Origin: an uncultured virus (IMG/VR IMGVR_UViG_3300042881_003198)
Lineage: Duplodnaviria > Heunggongvirae > Uroviricota > Caudoviricetes
DNA: 64,000 bases
IMG/VR virus record: IMGVR_UViG_3300042881_003198
Coordinates: 1 to 64,000 of that record
Reading direction: 5' to 3' (one strand)
Of this stretch, positions 58,907 through 64,000 are shown in pieces (the stretch's first letter is position 1; each line of letters opens with the position of its first letter). A model generated the notes under the pieces. It made no database searches. It was not told where the DNA came from and was given only the letters and a program-made list of their open reading frames with translations. The position numbers and the translations under genes are program-made.

Positions 58907-59416
58907 TTAAGCAAGAGATTTTGAAAGTTCTGAATTAATTGTGAGAGCAACATCAACTGGAACATTAGAATATTCAGCACGAAAATTATTATGTTGAATA
59001 ATAATAACAGCACATCCACTTTCTACAATTGATGCGTCAATAGTTCCCACTTTTATTTGACCCTCATCAGTTTCACTAAAGTAAAGTCTTCCAATTTTTT
59101 GCTCCTTAAAGATGTTTGGAAGTTTTTGTCTCCATTCATCCCAAGTTTCATGCATTTTATTATTTTTAAATTTTTGTGAGATTATATCAACTACTTTGTC
59201 CCATTCATCATTTTCGAGATAGAATGAAAAATGAGTTTTAGCAACCTCTTTAATACCACGTAAAGCTTTACTATTTGGATTTCTTTTTTCTTGCTCAGAT
59301 AGAGCTTTTTTTAAAATAGGTCTCCAATTTTTACTAAATTCATTAGAAAAATTAGGATATTTTTCTTGAAGTTGTTCAACAGTTGGTCTGTTTCTTTTTT
59401 TAGTTGAAGTAGTCAT
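58907..59416 (-). CDS. Hypothetical protein
   Basis: ORF track; TGATG overlap with mazG. Confidence 0.55.
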   Translation of the reverse strand: MTTSTKKRNRPTVEQLQEKYPNFSNEFSKNWRPILKKALSEQEKRNPNSKALRGIKEVAKTHFSFYLENDEWDKVVDIISQKFKNNKMHETWDEWRQKLPNIFKEQKIGRLYFSETDEGQIKVGTIDASIVESGCAVIIIQHNNFRAEYSNVPVDVALTINSELSKSLA

Positions 59417-59826
59417 CAGATGTCTCCCTCTTCACGATTTTCACTATAATATACATCAAAGAATCCGTCTGGATAACGCTTCATCAGTTTATCAATATTG
59501 GTCTGAATTACTTCATCAAAAGAGACATCAAGAGCAATACACGCTTGTGCCACATACCACATAGTATCTCCAAGTTCTTTAATCAGGTGAGTACGAGTCT
59601 CATCATTCCAACTTTTCCCCTGAAAGATAAGTTTTTTTACTATTTCCAGAAATTCCCCACCTTCGGCATTAATACCCACACCAGCAGTCAAAAGTCGTTC
59701 AATATTAGCACCTTTCTCATCCAACTGAACCATACGGTCAGACAGAGCAAGAAAATCTTTAGATGCATCAGAAGTTACGGCATCTACAAAGTTTTGATAT
59801 TTATCAAAGTCAACTCGTTGTGTCAT
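59416..59826 (-). CDS. mazG: MazG-like nucleotide pyrophosphohydrolase
   Basis: AEGGEFLEIVKK...KELGDTMWY...NIDKL..RYP. Confidence 0.9.
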   Translation of the reverse strand: MTQRVDFDKYQNFVDAVTSDASKDFLALSDRMVQLDEKGANIERLLTAGVGINAEGGEFLEIVKKLIFQGKSWNDETRTHLIKELGDTMWYVAQACIALDVSFDEVIQTNIDKLMKRYPDGFFDVYYSENREEGDI

Positions 59827-60995
59827 GAAAACTTAAATCCCTCAAATGATTTTTTTGGTTTATTTTCTTCATAATTATACTCCTCTTCCTGCCCACTGTC
59901 AAGTATGTCTTTTTGGGCAGACTGTTCACAATCATAAAGACGCATTTTAGCACGGTCAATACCAACAACAAAACGCTTAAAGATTGTTGGATCATTATAT
60001 CTATTTTTAAGTTGCTTGACCATAATCTGCCCCAGACCTTCAAGTTCCTCCGTGCTAATCAAAGCAAACATAAGGTCGGCAGTAGCAGGAAGACCAAAGG
60101 ATTCTGAAGTATCGGTCAATTCAACATCAGAAGAACCAAAACCGCTTCTTGTCGTTTGTGTGGCACTCACAATTGGCACATTAAACTCAACTGCCAAACC
60201 ACGAAGTTCTTCGGCAATAGACTTAACCAAAGTATAAGAATTAATATTACTACCACTCTTAAATCGTGACGAAGAACAAATATTCAGATAGTCAATAAAG
60301 ATAATATCAGGTCGGAATGATTTCTTAAGAGCAAGTTCATTTAGAAGTGCCTTAAAATGCCCCGAGTGTGCCGAAGCAGTAGGATACTCTTTAATTACTA
60401 AAGTACCTTGAGTCTTCTTCGCAATACCGGTTACTTTCTTCTCAAATGCCGAACGTGGCAAATCAACCAATTGCTGAATCGGAACATTGAGAAGGTTTGC
60501 ATCAATTCTTTCTGCAATTCTTTCTTCCGCCATTTCAAGAGTGATGTAGAGCACGTTCCTACCCTGTAGCAACGCGGCACTAGCAACGTGGCACATGAAC
60601 AGAGATTTTCCAACGCCAGTATTATGGGAGGAAACCCCATTAGTATAATACCTATGATTTGGATGATTTACATTAATATCCACAATAGGTATTTGATTAT
60701 TAGTTTTAATAATCTTACCAATTCTAATACCATCACTAGTAATAAATTCATAATATGAATTAGATTGCTCTATTTCTTTAGCAGAAATCCATCCGTCAGT
60801 AGTTTCAAATAAATGACTTTCGTTACATTTTACTTTAGTATTATCTAACAAATATAACTTATATTCTTCGTACATTCCTTTATTAATAAAAAAATTAACA
60901 GGAACATATCCATCGGGAGAATCGACCTCCACTTCATATCCATTATCAAGTAATGTTTTGATTTCAGCAATTGATGTTTCTTTTTCAATCCACAT
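59823..60995 (-). CDS. gp41 replicative helicase, C-terminal gene: 125-aa C-intein plus C-extein
   Basis: MWIEKE...CNESHLF...VDINV...YYTNGVSSHN|TGVGKSLFMC...FIDYLN...SATQTTR. Confidence 0.92.
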   Translation of the reverse strand: MWIEKETSIAEIKTLLDNGYEVEVDSPDGYVPVNFFINKGMYEEYKLYLLDNTKVKCNESHLFETTDGWISAKEIEQSNSYYEFITSDGIRIGKIIKTNNQIPIVDINVNHPNHRYYTNGVSSHNTGVGKSLFMCHVASAALLQGRNVLYITLEMAEERIAERIDANLLNVPIQQLVDLPRSAFEKKVTGIAKKTQGTLVIKEYPTASAHSGHFKALLNELALKKSFRPDIIFIDYLNICSSSRFKSGSNINSYTLVKSIAEELRGLAVEFNVPIVSATQTTRSGFGSSDVELTDTSESFGLPATADLMFALISTEELEGLGQIMVKQLKNRYNDPTIFKRFVVGIDRAKMRLYDCEQSAQKDILDSGQEEEYNYEENKPKKSFEGFKFS

Positions 60996-60999
60996 TTTG

Positions 61000-61028
61000 T
61001 ATAAATAGTAGTAGCAGGGACAGGGGAA
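61000..61028 (+). promoter_or_regulatory. Late promoter plus putative operator resembling the gp41 intein-less junction
   Basis: TATAAATA at 61000; GCAGGGACAGGGG reads as codons A-G-T-G. Confidence 0.5.
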
Positions 61029-61697
61029 ATGTTTAGTCAAATCTATTATAATCTATGCGAAAGCAATAGGTCAAGAAAAGACAATTATAAAAAATATTCT
61101 GGGTTACACGAACACCATATTACTCCAAAACATATGGGGGGAGATGATAGTGAAGAAAATCTCACTTATTTAAGTGTAAGAGAACATATCATAGCACATT
61201 ATTTGCTTTGGAAAATTTATAAAAATCCAAATGATTTAAGGTCTATGAAAATGTTGGGGGCAAATATAACACCCCAACACAGAAAAATAATAGGAGAATT
61301 TTGTAGAGATAATCAAATTGGGTTCTTCTCAATCCCAGTAGAAGAAAGAAAAGATTGGAGACTAAAAGGAATAGAAATACAAAAACAAGAATATCTAATC
61401 AATAATACTAAAAATTTCTATTATTGGAGCACAGAAGAAGGCAGAAAGGAAAGAGCATCAATTGGAGGAAAACAAAGAGCATCCACAGAATTCAATTATT
61501 GGGCATCTAATGAAGGAAGAAAAACACGAGCATCATTAGGGGGAAAAGCACATAAAGGCAAAAAGGTAATGCATTTACCGGGAACAAAGGGATGGAAAAG
61601 AGTATCCCCAGAAGAAGTTGATATAAAACTAAATGAAGGTTGGAAGTTTGGAACTGGAGAACCAGCACCAAATTCCAAAATCAAGAAATCTTCCTAA
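61029..61697 (+). CDS. HNH homing endonuclease between the gp41 halves, antisense
   Basis: HEHHITPKHMGGDDSEENLTYLSVREHIIAH; RASIGGK repeats; EGWKFG. Confidence 0.9.
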   Translation: MFSQIYYNLCESNRSRKDNYKKYSGLHEHHITPKHMGGDDSEENLTYLSVREHIIAHYLLWKIYKNPNDLRSMKMLGANITPQHRKIIGEFCRDNQIGFFSIPVEERKDWRLKGIEIQKQEYLINNTKNFYYWSTEEGRKERASIGGKQRASTEFNYWASNEGRKTRASLGGKAHKGKKVMHLPGTKGWKRVSPEEVDIKLNEGWKFGTGEPAPNSKIKKSS

Positions 61698-62313
61698 ATC
61701 TAATTTTAACTCTAGTTTCTGGATGAACGCAACCAGCGAGAGCAATATTGAGAGTCTTGTTAGGTAAACCACCTTTAGTGATTTTGTTGAAATATTCCAA
61801 ATCAAATTCGATTTTATCTTCTTTACGGTGATAAAATTCATAACGTTCCTCATAATTTTGAAGATAATCGTGACCAATATTATTATCAAAAGATACTGCT
61901 AGGGCATCCGAAAGAATACTTGGAATGGCATCACGATTCTTCTTTTCATCCTTTCCATCAGCAATATGAATGGATTCCATAAGTGCCAGATAAATTGCTC
62001 TGTCACGACACCACTTTTCGGTAGTATCAAGAATCCACTGTTTATCAACTGGAGCATCATTAAGTTTGGAAAGTAATTCTGAGATTTCCTTATTTTCAGA
62101 TTCGGTTAAATCTCTACGATTATCAATCTCAATATTAAGTGCTTCTATGGTAATTGAAGACCCGTACTTAACAATAAACTCAACAATTTCCTCAAAGACT
62201 ATTTTTTCTGTTCTTTGTTCATAGTATTCTGGTTGAATAAATGGAATGACCTTTCTGGCATAATCTTCATTGAATATTAAGTTTCTAAGAATTGTAAGTT
62301 CAAGTCGTTCCAT
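61681..62313 (-). CDS. gp41 replicative helicase, N-terminal gene: N-extein plus 16-aa N-intein
   Basis: ...ITKGGLPNKTLNIALAG|CVHPETRVKIRFRKIS*. Confidence 0.92.
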   Translation of the reverse strand: MERLELTILRNLIFNEDYARKVIPFIQPEYYEQRTEKIVFEEIVEFIVKYGSSITIEALNIEIDNRRDLTESENKEISELLSKLNDAPVDKQWILDTTEKWCRDRAIYLALMESIHIADGKDEKKNRDAIPSILSDALAVSFDNNIGHDYLQNYEERYEFYHRKEDKIEFDLEYFNKITKGGLPNKTLNIALAGCVHPETRVKIRFRKIS

Positions 62314-62321
62314 TATTTTAA

Positions 62322-62867
62322 TTAAAGATTACGTTTATGATGCGGAACGTCAAATACAAAAGTAATTCTAACGTTGTCGCCAATATTGACTGCCTTATGA
62401 GGCAGTTTATTATTAAACCAAAAAAGAGTTCCAGGTTCAACGATTATAGTCTCATCTCCAACAGTATACTCGTATTTTCCCTGAATGGAAAGATGATATC
62501 TATCTTTTGTAAGATAGTAAGTTCCTTCGTCAATATGAGAACCAACTATTTCACCAACCGGAAGAGCAAGGAATCCACAACGACGAAGTTTCTTAAAATA
62601 TTTTCCCAAGTAATTAAGAATCTCCGTGTGTTTTTCATATGCCGGAGTTTTAATGCATATCTCAGTATTCCCCACATATTGGTCTTCTTTTTCAACTCCA
62701 CCCATTATGAGTTGTAGAACATCTACAGTAACGGTATACTCTGTAGGGTCCAGTTGCTCGGAGTCTTCAATATTTTTTTGAGATCCCCAGTCTTCTGGAT
62801 GTTCTTTAAGTTGCTCTAGTATTTTAGATACATCAATACCAGTTTTTATAATGCGTATGTTTTTCAT
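62322..62867 (-). CDS. Asp/Asn beta-hydroxylase-like 2OG-Fe(II) oxygenase
   Basis: HIDEG...RYHL...WFNNKLPH...N...RITFVFD. Confidence 0.8.
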   Translation of the reverse strand: MKNIRIIKTGIDVSKILEQLKEHPEDWGSQKNIEDSEQLDPTEYTVTVDVLQLIMGGVEKEDQYVGNTEICIKTPAYEKHTEILNYLGKYFKKLRRCGFLALPVGEIVGSHIDEGTYYLTKDRYHLSIQGKYEYTVGDETIIVEPGTLFWFNNKLPHKAVNIGDNVRITFVFDVPHHKRNL

Positions 62868-63334
62868 ACGCCATAGGAAAATTCACCCTTAGCAATCACA
62901 TCAAGTTTTTCCATTACCTCTTCAGTGAAGTATTTCTCTGGGTTCTTGAGAATTTCCTTGGCATAAATTTTCTTACCATCAATTTCATATCGCCCCGCTA
63001 CATTCTTCCACATTTCGCCCAATTCCCCAAGCTCAAGAAGACCATAGTAACGATCAAGACCACGCTCGTCATAATAAAGACGAACTTCAACTTCTTGATT
63101 TTCCTTACTTAAACGTGATTTATGAGTCTTTGCCTTAATAATATTTCCGATGACTTCTGTCCCTTCTTTTTCTTTCTTTTTGCTGAGATAGATGATTGTA
63201 GAAGCAGCATACTTAAGACCAGAGTTGTGGGAGACAATACCTCCATGAAGTATGTAATGATGTTCCCCCTCCACAGTAATGTCATATACTTCTTCTGTTT
63301 CAACTTTTTTGATAGACTTTACAATTCGTTCCAT
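62864..63334 (-). CDS. uvsX: UvsX recombinase, C-terminal gene: 37-aa C-intein plus C-extein
   Basis: [11 protein letters not shown]...[38 protein letters not shown]...KSRLSKEN...GLDRYYGL. Confidence 0.9.
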   Translation of the reverse strand: MERIVKSIKKVETEEVYDITVEGEHHYILHGGIVSHNSGLKYAASTIIYLSKKKEKEGTEVIGNIIKAKTHKSRLSKENQEVEVRLYYDERGLDRYYGLLELGELGEMWKNVAGRYEIDGKKIYAKEILKNPEKYFTEEVMEKLDVIAKGEFSYGV

Positions 63335-63968
63335 GCCACCTCTTATACATTGGGTATGTTATTTGTTTCTGACAGTGCTCACAGACAACCTGCCTGTGTT
63401 TTTTTCCATAACGAGGAGACTTCTCTCCTTTTCTTTCAGATGCCAGTTCCGAAAGAATTTTTTTTGTTTGTTCTGAGTGCGTTTTGTTGAAGAATGGATT
63501 AGACTCTCCACTCATCCTTTCACTCATCATTTTTCTATGTTCTGGAGAAGAAACAGTTTGTCTATGTTTTTCACGAACAACAGGATTAAACATTGGATTA
63601 TTTTGTCCATAATGCCCTCTTCCATAGAAAGGATTATTCTCACCTGAAGTTAAATGAGAATAACTTCTCCTTATTCTATCATAAGAATTTAGATTCTTAC
63701 ACCTAACTCCATTACCATTAATAGAACACATACGATAAAAAGCATAACACATTTTTTTCTTATACTCACCCTCAACCATCTTTAATAATAAATGATGACA
63801 GATGAAATGTTCTCTTGGAGTTAAATTTACTAAATTATCTTTTGTATTTTTACCTCCAAATGATTTGGGAATGATGTGGTGCCTTTCTGTAATGCCATTG
63901 ATTTCTCTTTCCTTTGCTCTTTCTATAATACGAAAGTAGCAACTTGTATATTTGTTTATTATAAACAT
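63300..63968 (-). CDS. HNH homing endonuclease with NUMOD3-like repeats
   Basis: [12 protein letters not shown]...[39 protein letters not shown]. Confidence 0.9.
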   Translation of the reverse strand: MFIINKYTSCYFRIIERAKEREINGITERHHIIPKSFGGKNTKDNLVNLTPREHFICHHLLLKMVEGEYKKKMCYAFYRMCSINGNGVRCKNLNSYDRIRRSYSHLTSGENNPFYGRGHYGQNNPMFNPVVREKHRQTVSSPEHRKMMSERMSGESNPFFNKTHSEQTKKILSELASERKGEKSPRYGKKHRQVVCEHCQKQITYPMYKRWHGTNCKVYQKS

Positions 63969-63970
63969 TA

Positions 63971-63998
63971 GGTTCTGGTCTTAAGTATTACTATTTAG
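63971..63998 (-). promoter_or_regulatory. Late-promoter-like CTAAATA plus putative operator matching the uvsX junction
   Basis: Plus strand GGTTCTGGTCTTAAGTAT reads G-S-G-L-K-Y; 15/15 inverted match to 63209..63223. Confidence 0.7.
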
Positions 63999-64000
63999 AC

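Noticed and set aside
59823..62313. Helicase inactivated by HNH insertion
   Set aside because: Both halves carry intact intein termini at the Walker A motif
1..64000. Alternative genetic code or suppressor tRNA
   Set aside because: Core genes translate intact in code 11; TAG and TGA in the tRNA names are Leu and Ser anticodons, not suppressors

Overview
64-kb segment of a large T4-like cyanomyovirus, probably a freshwater Synechococcus/Cyanobium-type phage (inferred from gene content). Almost all genes are on the minus strand. From left to right: two giant paralogous tail-fibre-like genes with 27-bp tandem repeats; an auxiliary metabolic cluster (talC, LpxH-like phosphoesterase, psbA with a 209-nt group I intron and a downstream free-standing endonuclease, peroxiredoxin, two hli); a ~16-kb AT-rich glycan island (GT25, GT11, GT4-GT6 fusion, gmd, fcl, C-methyltransferase); a tRNA region (19 tRNAs in the window) with HNH genes, Dps, an SLH/porin-like protein and several structured RNAs; lysis genes; nrdAB, primase and mazG; and fractured gp41 helicase and uvsX genes carrying split inteins with HNH genes beside them. 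Highlights read directly from the sequence: (1) three endonuclease genes each carry, between a late promoter and their ATG, a copy of the uninterrupted junction of the neighbouring intron- or intein-split gene (psbA, uvsX, gp41), suggesting homing-site-mimic operators; (2) a complete -1 frameshift cassette (SD-like, A_AAA_AAG, hairpin) joining a C39-like peptidase to an otherwise start-less GH24 lysozyme; (3) an atypically split gp41 intein with a 16-aa N-fragment; (4) unannotated pseudoknotted and anticodon-like RNAs among the tRNAs. All family assignments come from motif recognition by eye; no database searches were run.
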